Shown here: in pieces, positions 1-8,697 of the stretch
Layout of the letters: each line of letters begins with the position of its first letter
Numbering within the stretch: position 1 is the first letter of the stretch
Virus record (IMG/VR): IMGVR_UViG_3300027704_003386
From: an uncultured virus (IMG/VR IMGVR_UViG_3300027704_003386)
Lineage: Duplodnaviria > Heunggongvirae > Uroviricota > Caudoviricetes
Reading direction: 5' to 3' (one strand)
Length of the DNA: 64,000 nucleotides
Translations under genes and position numbers: made by a program
Notes under the pieces: model-generated
Told to the model about the DNA's origin: nothing
The model's input: the letters and a program-made list of their open reading frames with translations, nothing else
The model's database searches: none

Positions 1-1
1 T

Positions 2-400
2 ATCATTCTTGAATGTAACTTTGATTTTAGCCGTAGTTGAACGCTTGCCTCCATCTGAATCTACAAGAATTTCCTTTATATTATGTTCGGTGTGTCCTTT
101 TTTCTTAAAGATACCTAATAATGATTTTTTTAAAGAAGATGTATTGGTACCACCAAAGTTTAACCTTGCATCGAATTCTATTTCTAATTTTTCAAGACCT
201 ATTGAAGAGTGGTCTGCTAATATGTAAAGAGGTATTACAACATCCTTACCTTGTATTTTCACCGAAGTTGTTTCTGGATTACCTTCATCATCGAAATAAT
301 GTCTCAATGAATTTATGTGTTGTCTTTCACTTAAGTTAGAAGCTACGAGAGCGGCCTCTAAGAGACCACTCACTAACTCCTCAATCTTTAATTTTGCCAT
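2..400 (-). CDS. DUF2589-like protein (partial, runs off the window's left edge); not in the ORF track
   Basis: Hand translation from ATG at 400 gives MAKLKIEELVSGLLEAALVASNLSERQHINSLRHYFDDEGNPETTSVKIQGKDVVIPLYILADHSSIGLEKLEIEFDARL..., open to the window edge. IPLxxL..xxLxxxxIxF pattern parallels the adjacent ORF. Confidence 0.65.
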   Translation of the reverse strand, partial: MAKLKIEELVSGLLEAALVASNLSERQHINSLRHYFDDEGNPETTSVKIQGKDVVIPLYILADHSSIGLEKLEIEFDARLNFGGTNTSSLKKSLLGIFKKKGHTEHNIKEILVDSDGGKRSTTAKIKVTFKND

Positions 401-421
401 AACTTATTTTTTAATTGTTTA

Positions 422-1030
422 CTACTCTCCTGAACCACCTTTACCTCCAGCTGCTGGCTGAGTAATAGGATCCATTAGAGTTGTCAGCATATCAGATAAT
501 TTTAACATACCCTCTGTTGGAGGTAATTGTTCTGCATGTACATTTACTTCGTACTTAGCTGAATTATCAGTCTCTCTTGTATTTTCTCTTGTAGTTGAAA
601 CTTCACCATGTACTGTTACTTCAACTGGGGAAAACCAACTTTTAGATTTTACATCAACAGTTGATTTTATATCCGTTTTAGAGTGATCTTTTACTGTTTC
701 TTTCACTTCCATAGTAAAACTGATATCCGCTTTAGTTATTGCTAAAGATGGGATTGGTACTAATGGTAGCATTGGGATTTGAGAATGAACTATTTGTAAT
801 TGTGGTGCTCCACCTTTTGGGTCTGCAACAAAACGATTTAGTGCAATCTTAAGTTGTTTTGCTTCTCGAGCATCTCCTTCTTTACCTTCTTTTGGTGCTT
901 CAAAAGCTACTTCTTGAATGTAATTCCAAGCTACATCGTTTAATGCTGCTTGTCCTTTAGCCATTCCGATTAAAGGTGATACGATTAGGTCTTCGATAGG
1001 AAGTCCTCTGAATTGGTCTGCAATTGGCAT
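422..1030 (-). CDS. DUF2589-family protein
   Basis: FRGLPIEDLIVSPL...AKGQAAL, IPMLPLVPIPSLAI..ADISFTMEVK and TDNSAKYEVNVHAEQLPPTEGM match my recollection of DUF2589. Confidence 0.75.
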   Translation of the reverse strand: MPIADQFRGLPIEDLIVSPLIGMAKGQAALNDVAWNYIQEVAFEAPKEGKEGDAREAKQLKIALNRFVADPKGGAPQLQIVHSQIPMLPLVPIPSLAITKADISFTMEVKETVKDHSKTDIKSTVDVKSKSWFSPVEVTVHGEVSTTRENTRETDNSAKYEVNVHAEQLPPTEGMLKLSDMLTTLMDPITQPAAGGKGGSGE

Positions 1031-1149
1031 AATTTATTTTGTTTGTTTAGTTAATAAAATGAAAACCTTTATTATGTTGCAGATAAGTATAAACCTTTAT
1101 TTCTGTAACTAATATAAATATATAAGATTTTCACTTTTAATATAATTAA

Positions 1150-1353
1150 TTAAGAGAATTTAGCAATATCTGAATATTTATTTTTAATCTTTTCCATCTC
1201 TCGTAAACCCTCTCTTAAAGTATCAGTTGCAATATCACTTGTTTCAAAGTTCATTATTACCTCACAATGAGGACAAACTGAGACTGGGTTATCTAATATG
1301 TATTGAAGTGTTAAATCGAGTGGATTCTTACACGAAGGACAGGGCATTGCCAT
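1150..1353 (-). CDS. small zinc-ribbon protein
   Basis: CPSC...CPHC motifs; own promoter at 1382-1411. Confidence 0.6.
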   Translation of the reverse strand: MAMPCPSCKNPLDLTLQYILDNPVSVCPHCEVIMNFETSDIATDTLREGLREMEKIKNKYSDIAKFS

Positions 1354-1404
1354 ATATAACTTATTTACTGTTTATTCTTTAAATATACGAAAAAATATTT
1401 GGGT

Positions 1405-2553
1405 CTACAAATATCTAATGATATTTTCTTCCTTTTCGTTTTTAATACCTCCACCGATATCTTTCTTATCTAGCCAAGCTTCAGTATTATCAGAATAGAG
1501 TACTCTTATTTTTGAAGGAGATTTTTGTAATATTTTTATAATTTTCTTCTCTGGAATTGGTTTATCATTCTCATCTGATATTATCCAATCTTCTTCTTTT
1601 ATAATTTTAGGTGAGTGTAATGTTCCTTTTACTTTAGGTGCTATAACAGTAATAGGGTCTACTACCTCTATTTCGTTTACGTTTACAGTCTCATCTTTTT
1701 TTTTAGTAGGAGGTTCTTCCTCTTCTAACTCACCGTATAGATTCTTCCTATTAGCGTTGTCGAATGCAAAGTTTGCTGCAATTACTAATGAAATAGCTAA
1801 AGGATCAAATACAAATATAATTACTAACAACAATATGTTGATAATCTTATCCATAGAAGTACCAGTTAATCCGGAAAGGTATTGAAGTGGACCTAACTCT
1901 CCTGCTACTTCAGAATTATTCTCTAAAGTCAGAATTTCGATTTGATACTTTTGTAAGGAATCGGCTGCCACTTCTCGTTTAGTTTGAACCTTTTGTCGGT
2001 TTTCTTCTTCCACTTCGATACGTTTTTGGGATAACCTAAGCTCTGTAGTAGAGATTGTTGATCGAAAGCCTGAAGATACCGTGGTGTCTCGTACTTGGAT
2101 GTTTGAAACTTTCGCATTAGATAAAGTGCTAATGTTATTAGAGATTCTTTCAAGTTCCTGATCATATCGTATAACGTCTTTATTGTAGAAGTCTTTCTTT
2201 TGAGTTAAGAAAGCTGTTTGATTGTTTTTAATTGTTAGCTGTCTATAAGTATCTTGATATGCTGCACTTAAAAAGCCGTATATACCCATACTAGTAATAA
2301 GTACTAAAACTACAGCAGCAATAGAGAGATACGTTCTAAGAAGCTTATTTATAGTGTCCCAATACTGGTATAAGAGTGAAGCTATAACTAGTTTAGCTAC
2401 CTCCAATGAACCTGCCATTATAATTACCTCTAGTGTAGCTCCTGCAAATAGCTTACTTAACCCACTTACGGAGTAAAAAGCAGCTGAGCCGCTTACAGAG
2501 AGAGCAGTTAATGCTATAATGGTAGGGAAAAAGTTTCTTTTAATTCTATTCAT
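1405..2553 (-). CDS. membrane protein with long coiled coil (3 N-terminal TMs plus 1 further TM)
   Basis: Hydrophobic segments flank a heptad-rich region. Confidence 0.55.
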   Translation of the reverse strand: MNRIKRNFFPTIIALTALSVSGSAAFYSVSGLSKLFAGATLEVIIMAGSLEVAKLVIASLLYQYWDTINKLLRTYLSIAAVVLVLITSMGIYGFLSAAYQDTYRQLTIKNNQTAFLTQKKDFYNKDVIRYDQELERISNNISTLSNAKVSNIQVRDTTVSSGFRSTISTTELRLSQKRIEVEEENRQKVQTKREVAADSLQKYQIEILTLENNSEVAGELGPLQYLSGLTGTSMDKIINILLLVIIFVFDPLAISLVIAANFAFDNANRKNLYGELEEEEPPTKKKDETVNVNEIEVVDPITVIAPKVKGTLHSPKIIKEEDWIISDENDKPIPEKKIIKILQKSPSKIRVLYSDNTEAWLDKKDIGGGIKNEKEENIIRYL

Positions 2554-2981
2554 TATTGAGCTAGTAAAAGTAAAGTTGCAAATACTCCGATGCCTGAACC
2601 TATCTGGTATAGTTTCTTAGCACGAGCCTCTTTCTTTAATTCTTTTTGTAACTGATTAGAAAGAACATCTGAAGTTTGTAACTGTACGTTTTTATCGCTA
2701 ATAATTAATTGGTAGTTTTTAACTTGCTGAGATAAGTTAGTGTTTAATTTAAGTGACTTATCTAACCTGTTATTGGTTTCTTGAATCAATTGATTTAATG
2801 TTTTATTAGTCTTTTCTAATCCATCAAAGCTGATTAAGTCTTTTACGACTAACTTAGCTATAGGTTTAGTTAATACTATCCTTGTAGTATCTGTAACGGT
2901 CTGTGAAAAACTGTTCCAGCTTATCATTACTGTAAAGATTAACAGCATCAAGCTGTTTCTGTGTTTCTTTTTTGATAGCAT
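2553..2981 (-). CDS. secreted coiled-coil protein, spanin-like partner
   Basis: Signal-like N-terminus, coiled coil and hydrophobic C-terminus; overlaps the upstream ORF in the lysis region; no lipobox Cys seen. Confidence 0.4.
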   Translation of the reverse strand: MLSKKKHRNSLMLLIFTVMISWNSFSQTVTDTTRIVLTKPIAKLVVKDLISFDGLEKTNKTLNQLIQETNNRLDKSLKLNTNLSQQVKNYQLIISDKNVQLQTSDVLSNQLQKELKKEARAKKLYQIGSGIGVFATLLLLAQ

Positions 2982-3225
2982 ATATCTTAATATTTAAGTT
3001 TTTAATTTTCCTATCGTAGTTTGCTAGCTCTAATACAAGTGAATCAGCTTGTACTTCTAGCGTAATGTTTTTAACTTGTAGAGAATCTATCTTACTCTCT
3101 AAAGCTACTATTTGAGACTCATACTTAGATACATCTGTTTTTATATCAGTAGGAGCAAAGATCATTCTGTACAACACTATAGCAGCAATAGCAATTATAA
3201 CGTTCTGTATTAATGTCTTATTCAT
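2866..3225 (-). CDS. i-spanin-like membrane-anchored coiled-coil protein
   Basis: One N-terminal TM and a coiled coil, directly downstream of the endolysin. Confidence 0.45.
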   Translation of the reverse strand: MNKTLIQNVIIAIAAIVLYRMIFAPTDIKTDVSKYESQIVALESKIDSLQVKNITLEVQADSLVLELANYDRKIKNLNIKIYAIKKETQKQLDAVNLYSNDKLEQFFTDRYRYYKDSIN

Positions 3226-3245
3226 ATAGTATAAATATAAGAAAA

Positions 3246-3746
3246 TTACTTTGATCTAGCAACTAATGTACTCTTAAATGCTTCCCAGTCAAAAGCGTTA
3301 CCAGGGTCAGGTTTACCTTTCCCTTTACCTCTTACGTGATCACCGGAGCAGTCTGAGTGTCTTACTATGTTATCTATATCTATATTATACTTATTCATCC
3401 AGAAACTAAATACATTTACAGCAGTATCAAATTGATGCTTTGTGTATGTACCTTTTTTCTTAATTTTAGAATTAAACGATGACCAGTCATTTACTCCTGC
3501 TACTAATAGTTCAACTCCTAAGTAATGTGAGTTGAGATGTTTTAGACCATTCCATTCTGATTTACCTGCATGAAAGGCTTTACTTGGAGACACAATATGT
3601 TTGTCATATGTACCGTCAGGTTTAATATAACCATGAACGGATAAACCTATTTCTCTTATAAATTCTTTAGCATATAGTGTCTTACCTTCATATACTAGAT
3701 ATTCTGACATACTGTGTAGTATCAGTCCTTTTGGAACAATTGGCAT
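3246..3746 (-). CDS. N-acetylmuramoyl-L-alanine amidase (Amidase_2) endolysin
   Basis: ILHS, AFHAGKS, NSHYLGVEL, IVRHSD and KPDPG zinc-amidase motifs. Confidence 0.85.
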   Translation of the reverse strand: MPIVPKGLILHSMSEYLVYEGKTLYAKEFIREIGLSVHGYIKPDGTYDKHIVSPSKAFHAGKSEWNGLKHLNSHYLGVELLVAGVNDWSSFNSKIKKKGTYTKHQFDTAVNVFSFWMNKYNIDIDNIVRHSDCSGDHVRGKGKGKPDPGNAFDWEAFKSTLVARSK

Positions 3747-3757
3747 AATAACTTATT

Positions 3758-4093
3758 TTAAAATTTATCGTAATCTATTGAATCTCCACAGTTATCACAG
3801 TAACTAGGACCAGTTATAGTATGTGGATCTGCATCTGTCATTTCTATTGATTCTCCTGGTACGCCGTCATCGTCGCTGGCATTAAACCAAAAGTCTATAA
3901 TCTTACCATATGAAGCAATAAATGCACCCAGTACAAGTAAAAGTATTTCCTTCCATTCTGAGCCCATTGCTGCTTCAGAAAATAAAGCTATACCTATACC
4001 TACCATAATAAGTAGAAAAGTGACTAGAACAACGGTGGTGATAACGAACCTGTTTCTACGTACTCCTTTTTGTTTTTCTGTTATATCTGCCAT
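3758..4093 (-). CDS. putative holin (2 TM)
   Basis: Two TM helices, IIDFWF motif, immediately upstream of the amidase; C-terminal CxxC. Confidence 0.5.
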   Translation of the reverse strand: MADITEKQKGVRRNRFVITTVVLVTFLLIMVGIGIALFSEAAMGSEWKEILLLVLGAFIASYGKIIDFWFNASDDDGVPGESIEMTDADPHTITGPSYCDNCGDSIDYDKF

Positions 4094-4095
4094 AA

Positions 4096-4332
4096 TTAAC
4101 TACATTTACTTTTGATTTCATTATACAGTTCATCTGCATAACCTTGTGGGTTTTCAATATGTTGTTTAGTAGATTCTATTTTTTTTATTAAACACTTCTT
4201 AAAGTATTTAGCTTGTTTACCTTTAAGTAAAGTTTCTTCTGCACATGCTTTCATCCACCCTCTTGGGTCATTACCCTGTATTGATGTTTTTACGTTGTTG
4301 ATTGCTATAATGCATTGTATTGCGTCTGCCAT
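4096..4332 (-). CDS. hypothetical protein
   Basis: Tightly packed ORF in the operon. Confidence 0.55.
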   Translation of the reverse strand: MADAIQCIIAINNVKTSIQGNDPRGWMKACAEETLLKGKQAKYFKKCLIKKIESTKQHIENPQGYADELYNEIKSKCS

Positions 4333-4335
4333 AAT

Positions 4336-4740
4336 TTAATATTTATTTGCGGTTTTAACTTCTTCTATAGATTCTTGTAGTTCACTTAAATTAACAGGAC
4401 ATTCTAAATCTAACCCTGCTTTAAATATTTCTTCCTTAATTCCGTTATTAAATATAATTAAAGTAGGAGCCATTCTAATTCTATATTTCTTTTTTGTAGC
4501 AGGAGCGTCTGCTATATCTACTCTAAAATATTTAGCACCTTTGATTTTATCCCAGTCTGAAAATGCATTTGCTTCATTAAACTTAGCCCAAAATTCAACT
4601 ACTACTATATTAAATTCAGGATCATCTCCAAATGAATGTTTTTCATTTACCTTTGATTCAAAATTACCGTCTTCAAGAGTATCTTGAGAGTAACTTATCA
4701 TCGATAACATTATTAAAACTATATTTAAGACTTTTTTCAT
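4336..4740 (-). CDS. secreted thioredoxin-fold protein lacking CxxC
   Basis: Signal peptide; VVVEFWAKFN, FRVDI and PTLIIFNNG Trx-fold motifs without catalytic Cys. Confidence 0.65.
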   Translation of the reverse strand: MKKVLNIVLIMLSMISYSQDTLEDGNFESKVNEKHSFGDDPEFNIVVVEFWAKFNEANAFSDWDKIKGAKYFRVDIADAPATKKKYRIRMAPTLIIFNNGIKEEIFKAGLDLECPVNLSELQESIEEVKTANKY

Positions 4741-5057
4741 TATTGCTGCTTTTGAAGCTCATATAATCTATCGTCAATTTTTTCTAACTCCTTTAAGATA
4801 GCTTCTACATCTTCTTGAGTATCCATTATTGTTTGTCTAATAAGTTCATCCTTCATATCGAACTCCATTCGTTCAATAGGGGGTATTGGAAGCTCTTTAG
4901 CTTCTTGTATATCAGCTTTAAGAGTAAACCACATACCTATAATAGTTGAGATTAATATAAGTATACCTCCTATAGTTTTTAGATCAAAAGCGAAATCTGG
5001 TTTTCCATCACCATCTATATCTACTCCTACTGATACGTTATCTACTTTTTTTGCCAT
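4740..5057 (-). CDS. single-TM membrane protein with Ca-binding-like DIDGDGKPD motif
   Basis: DxDGDGxxD motif, TM helix and C-terminal coiled coil. Confidence 0.55.
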   Translation of the reverse strand: MAKKVDNVSVGVDIDGDGKPDFAFDLKTIGGILILISTIIGMWFTLKADIQEAKELPIPPIERMEFDMKDELIRQTIMDTQEDVEAILKELEKIDDRLYELQKQQ

Positions 5058-5067
5058 TGTTATATTA

Positions 5068-5634
5068 TTAATCTAATAAATATCCATAAGGAGTAGCATT
5101 AATATCTAATCCAATTTCTATATTCTCTAATTTTAAATCTAAAGTCATATTCCTTTGAATATAAGGATTATAAAACTCACCGACTGCTGTTAAACATATA
5201 AGTCCTTTATGTGCTCCTCCTAATTGACCAGCATCTTGAACCTGTACTTCGTTCCATACTATATAGTCATCTGGGCCTGGTATTTCTACTCCGGCATATT
5301 TGTTGTTAATATTTTGCCATGTATAAACTCCTTTATCTAATAAAAATTCGTCATCATTAGCATCTGTATCTAATAGGTACATTGCAAAATGCTGTCTATC
5401 TAATCTTGGATTACCGTCATCAATTTGTAAGTAAAGAATAAATATTTTTTTAGTAATACCATTTTCTTCCTTTACACCACCGAATGTATTAATTACAGAA
5501 TACTTTTCATAGGGGTCAAATGACTCTCCATCAAGAGCAATTTCGAATACAGGTATTAAAGTTTCTACTTGATCGTCTTTGCTACAGCTTAAAATTAAAA
5601 TAATACAACTTATTGTTAAAAGTATATTTTTCAT
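5068..5634 (-). CDS. putative lipoprotein
   Basis: MKNILL...ILSC-SKDD lipobox followed by a KDD-type acidic motif typical of Bacteroidota lipoproteins. Confidence 0.65.
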   Translation of the reverse strand: MKNILLTISCIILILSCSKDDQVETLIPVFEIALDGESFDPYEKYSVINTFGGVKEENGITKKIFILYLQIDDGNPRLDRQHFAMYLLDTDANDDEFLLDKGVYTWQNINNKYAGVEIPGPDDYIVWNEVQVQDAGQLGGAHKGLICLTAVGEFYNPYIQRNMTLDLKLENIEIGLDINATPYGYLLD

Positions 5635-6845
5635 TATCTAAATGTATAGTTAATTCCAAAGGAAGTGTTAAATATTTTAGTATCCCAAAACTTAGTATAT
5701 TCACCTTCTGCAAATATTCCTATGTTCTTGGTAATTCTGAATCCAAAATTAGCTCCGAATTGATAATCTTCCCATTGAAGTGGTGCAGCATCTTCTCTCA
5801 ATCCTCCTTTACCCCAATTTTCTCTATTAAGGTAACTAAAGTTTTCAGATCCACTGATATATTTATGAAACCCTGGAAGGTAGTTACCGTAAGCATGTAA
5901 CCAGAAGTTACTTTTATAATGGTAAAAATCAAACCCTATAATTGGTGATATTAAATTGAATCCTGCTAGGTCATCCCATATTTCATTATTATACCTATTC
6001 ATTAATTCACCGAAGACTCCATTTCTAAAATCTATATCAGAATAAGCTACTATATCTCCTAATTCATCCTTCCATATCCAGTTTTGTGTTTCTTCTTGTG
6101 TTTCATAGTCAGAATAGGTAGTAAAGTGGTCTGTATATCCGTATTCGTATCCTAATTCAAACCATTGATTAACAGGTCTTTCTATCATTTCTCCATTATC
6201 GGCCTCTACCATTTCAGTTTCGTTAAGGTAAATTTCAATAGGATTTACTCCATATACTGTTTGATGTGTTCTTCCGATTACACCTGCTGATAAAGAGAAT
6301 TTCTTTCCAATACCTATTCTAGCTCTTAATTCAGCTGATTGGTAATTAAATCCTACATTACCTTGTTCTCTTGATTCTATTTTAGCAATATGATATTTGC
6401 CTGTATGTCTTAAAAAGTACCTATGGTTAGTAAATTCTTCTCCTCTTAATCTTTCTTTTTCCCAATGTATAAGGTATTCAAATCCTTTTACTGCCGACTC
6501 TGGTCCAATTAAAGCTGTTTGTTTTTCTATGTCTGCATTACCTGTCCAGAAGTTTCCAGGTTTATTTTCGTAATCGTATCTTCCTAGCTTTCTTATACCG
6601 AATCCTATTCTATAGTCATAGTCATAGTATTCAGTTACATCTATTACTTTTGGTATATCATAAAGACCTCCCTCTTCTGGTCTAGCTACGAAGTAATCTT
6701 TTCTAGTATTTTCGTATGCATTTGTTATGTCTCCTGCAACATAAAATGTACTGTACTTTAAAAAGTCCTTATAGAAATTTTCAAAAAATTGTGCATTAAC
6801 AGAACTAGTTATGAAAAATGCAACTAAAAGAATTATATGTCTCAT
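5634..6845 (-). CDS. putative outer-membrane beta-barrel protein
   Basis: Cleavable signal peptide (SVNA|Q), aromatic alternating strands and C-terminal FGINYTF beta-signal. Confidence 0.65.
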   Translation of the reverse strand: MRHIILLVAFFITSSVNAQFFENFYKDFLKYSTFYVAGDITNAYENTRKDYFVARPEEGGLYDIPKVIDVTEYYDYDYRIGFGIRKLGRYDYENKPGNFWTGNADIEKQTALIGPESAVKGFEYLIHWEKERLRGEEFTNHRYFLRHTGKYHIAKIESREQGNVGFNYQSAELRARIGIGKKFSLSAGVIGRTHQTVYGVNPIEIYLNETEMVEADNGEMIERPVNQWFELGYEYGYTDHFTTYSDYETQEETQNWIWKDELGDIVAYSDIDFRNGVFGELMNRYNNEIWDDLAGFNLISPIIGFDFYHYKSNFWLHAYGNYLPGFHKYISGSENFSYLNRENWGKGGLREDAAPLQWEDYQFGANFGFRITKNIGIFAEGEYTKFWDTKIFNTSFGINYTFR

Positions 6846-7077
6846 ATTATGTTATAGTATGGTTTATAAATAAATAGCTTTAATTAACAAGAAGAGGGAG
6901 GGAGAGTGTACGTCTTAAAAGGAGTTCTAAGACAATGTACATAATGCTTGTTTTAATCTAATTTTTACTTTATGTTTTTAGGAATACTATAGTCCTAAAA
7001 TTGAAAAACTAATAAAAAAGCTCAATAAGAAAAGAAATACTTTCATAAAACTCTTAGTATATCATCATAAATAGAAC

Positions 7078-7107
7078 AAAAAAAAAGGAACACTTTTGTG
7101 TTCCCTT
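7078..7107 (-). terminator. rho-independent terminator
   Basis: GGAACAC-AAAA-GTGTTCC stem followed by a long T run on the minus strand. Confidence 0.8.
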
Positions 7108-7148
7108 AATTTTAGTAGTAGTCATGAAGACCGCTATAGTTCCATCCT

Positions 7149-7367
7149 TTAGAAGCTTTGAGCTTCCTTTGGTAAGAACTCGACATTAACATGTCCGCAT
7201 CCTTTGCAGCTGAAAACTGGGATTGGTACGTAACCGGTTTTGCCGGTACCTGTGAGGATACCTGAGGCTTTTCGGATGATAACTGCTTGTTCGAAGAGGT
7301 TTTCGTTGCACTCCTCGCAAAGAACTGGGGTAGTTTGATTGATGTCCACATTTAAATTTTGATCCAT
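7149..7367 (-). CDS. small zinc-ribbon protein
   Basis: CEEC...CKGCGH. Confidence 0.65.
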   Translation of the reverse strand: MDQNLNVDINQTTPVLCEECNENLFEQAVIIRKASGILTGTGKTGYVPIPVFSCKGCGHVNVEFLPKEAQSF

Positions 7368-7376
7368 AAGATTCTC

Positions 7377-7541
7377 TTATCTCTTACCTCCGTAGTAACC
7401 TCCTGAAGAAGATCCTCCTCTTGGTTTTCTCGGCGCTACTGGTTTAGTAGTTTTCTTTGTTACTGTTTTTTTACCTTTTACCTGTGTAAAGTAGTATGCT
7501 GCTCCAGCTCCTACAATTACTATTATTATAATCCAACTCAT
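7377..7541 (-). CDS. small membrane-anchored basic protein (54 aa), not in the ORF track
   Basis: MSWIIIIVIVGAGAAYYFTQVKGKK...GGYYGGKR fills the gap between neighbours. Confidence 0.6.
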   Translation of the reverse strand: MSWIIIIVIVGAGAAYYFTQVKGKKTVTKKTTKPVAPRKPRGGSSSGGYYGGKR

Positions 7542-7544
7542 AGT

Positions 7545-7871
7545 TTATTTTTTAGTTGTTTTCTTGGCGGCAGGCTTTCTACCACGTCTTGGTTTTCCTT
7601 TTGCTGCATCTGCAACATCTTTTACTTGTTTCACTACATCCTTTGCTGCTTCTGCAACATCGGTGAGTTCCTCTTTTACTCGCTTTGCACGGCTCCTTAC
7701 AGCTTTCTTCGCTGTAGCAACTTTTGCTTTTGCTTCTTCTACAGTATCCTCAACTTCATCAGGGATTCCATCTGCATCTCTATCGCTAAATAAGTTAAAA
7801 TACTTAGTGGCAATATAAATTGCTCCGGCTATAACCGCAACAACTAAAATAGTAATTAAAATTGTTTTCAT
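7545..7871 (-). CDS. membrane-anchored protein with DxDxDGIPD motif and Lys/Ala-rich basic tail
   Basis: N-terminal TM, DRDADGIPD and KPRRGRKPAAKKTTKK. Confidence 0.6.
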   Translation of the reverse strand: MKTILITILVVAVIAGAIYIATKYFNLFSDRDADGIPDEVEDTVEEAKAKVATAKKAVRSRAKRVKEELTDVAEAAKDVVKQVKDVADAAKGKPRRGRKPAAKKTTKK

Positions 7872-7908
7872 TTAATTGAATTTGTTAATATTAACTTTAT
7901 TATAAATA

Positions 7909-8415
7909 TCACCAATTTTTAGGGACCGGCTTAACCCGTAAAGTTCTACTTTTATACTTATTATCTACTTTAAAAAAGAATGTTAATAAGTCTTTATGAG
8001 ATTTTATAACCTCTTTATCGTACTGCTCTTTACTCATTTTAAAATAAAATAAAAAACATTTTTTAAGTTCTTCAAGCTTATTTTTTTCGTCCTTATCTCT
8101 ATCTTCCTGCAAGCGTTTAATCCTTGCGTTGTCTAATGATATAGCTTCTATATACTGCACTTGGTCATGACCTAGTTTAATATACTTTTCATTTATTCTA
8201 TGCTGAACTAATTCTATTTCAAAAGTATAAGATCCTAAATTAAAATCACCGTTAGTAATTCTATCTTTCAATGGGTGTAGACTACTAAGAGGTTTATTTC
8301 TTAGGGTATAGGATCTCCACCACATAAATCGGTCGTACTTTTTTTTATAGTAATTAGTAGATAAATAATTTTCTAACCACTTTACGGAATGTATAGGCTT
8401 ATAAGGTTCAAACAT
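7909..8415 (-). CDS. hypothetical protein
   Basis: ORF with its own promoter at 8422-8451. Confidence 0.6.
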   Translation of the reverse strand: MFEPYKPIHSVKWLENYLSTNYYKKKYDRFMWWRSYTLRNKPLSSLHPLKDRITNGDFNLGSYTFEIELVQHRINEKYIKLGHDQVQYIEAISLDNARIKRLQEDRDKDEKNKLEELKKCFLFYFKMSKEQYDKEVIKSHKDLLTFFFKVDNKYKSRTLRVKPVPKNW

Positions 8416-8450
8416 ATATTAAATATAAGAACTTTAATTCAATTATACAA

Positions 8451-8696
8451 CTATTCTCCTATGTCAATTATTTTCATTGCAACTCGAATTACCTCCTCAT
8501 CGTATTCACAGAGTAGGGTATAAGCTTTTTTCTTTAGTTCTAATGATACTTTCTGTGGGTGTTGAATTACTGATCTTTCAGATATATCTCCTCCAAATGG
8601 ACGTTCAGTAATAGTATCACCTCCGTCAGGGGATTCATAAATCTTTAGTTTTTTATCTTCTTGCATTTCATGCCATTTTTTTACACTGTCGCTCAT
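8451..8696 (-). CDS. hypothetical phage protein (YESPDGG motif)
   Basis: IYESPDGGDTI motif, common in large-phage small proteins. Confidence 0.55.
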   Translation of the reverse strand: MSDSVKKWHEMQEDKKLKIYESPDGGDTITERPFGGDISERSVIQHPQKVSLELKKKAYTLLCEYDEEVIRVAMKIIDIGE

Positions 8697-8697
8697 C

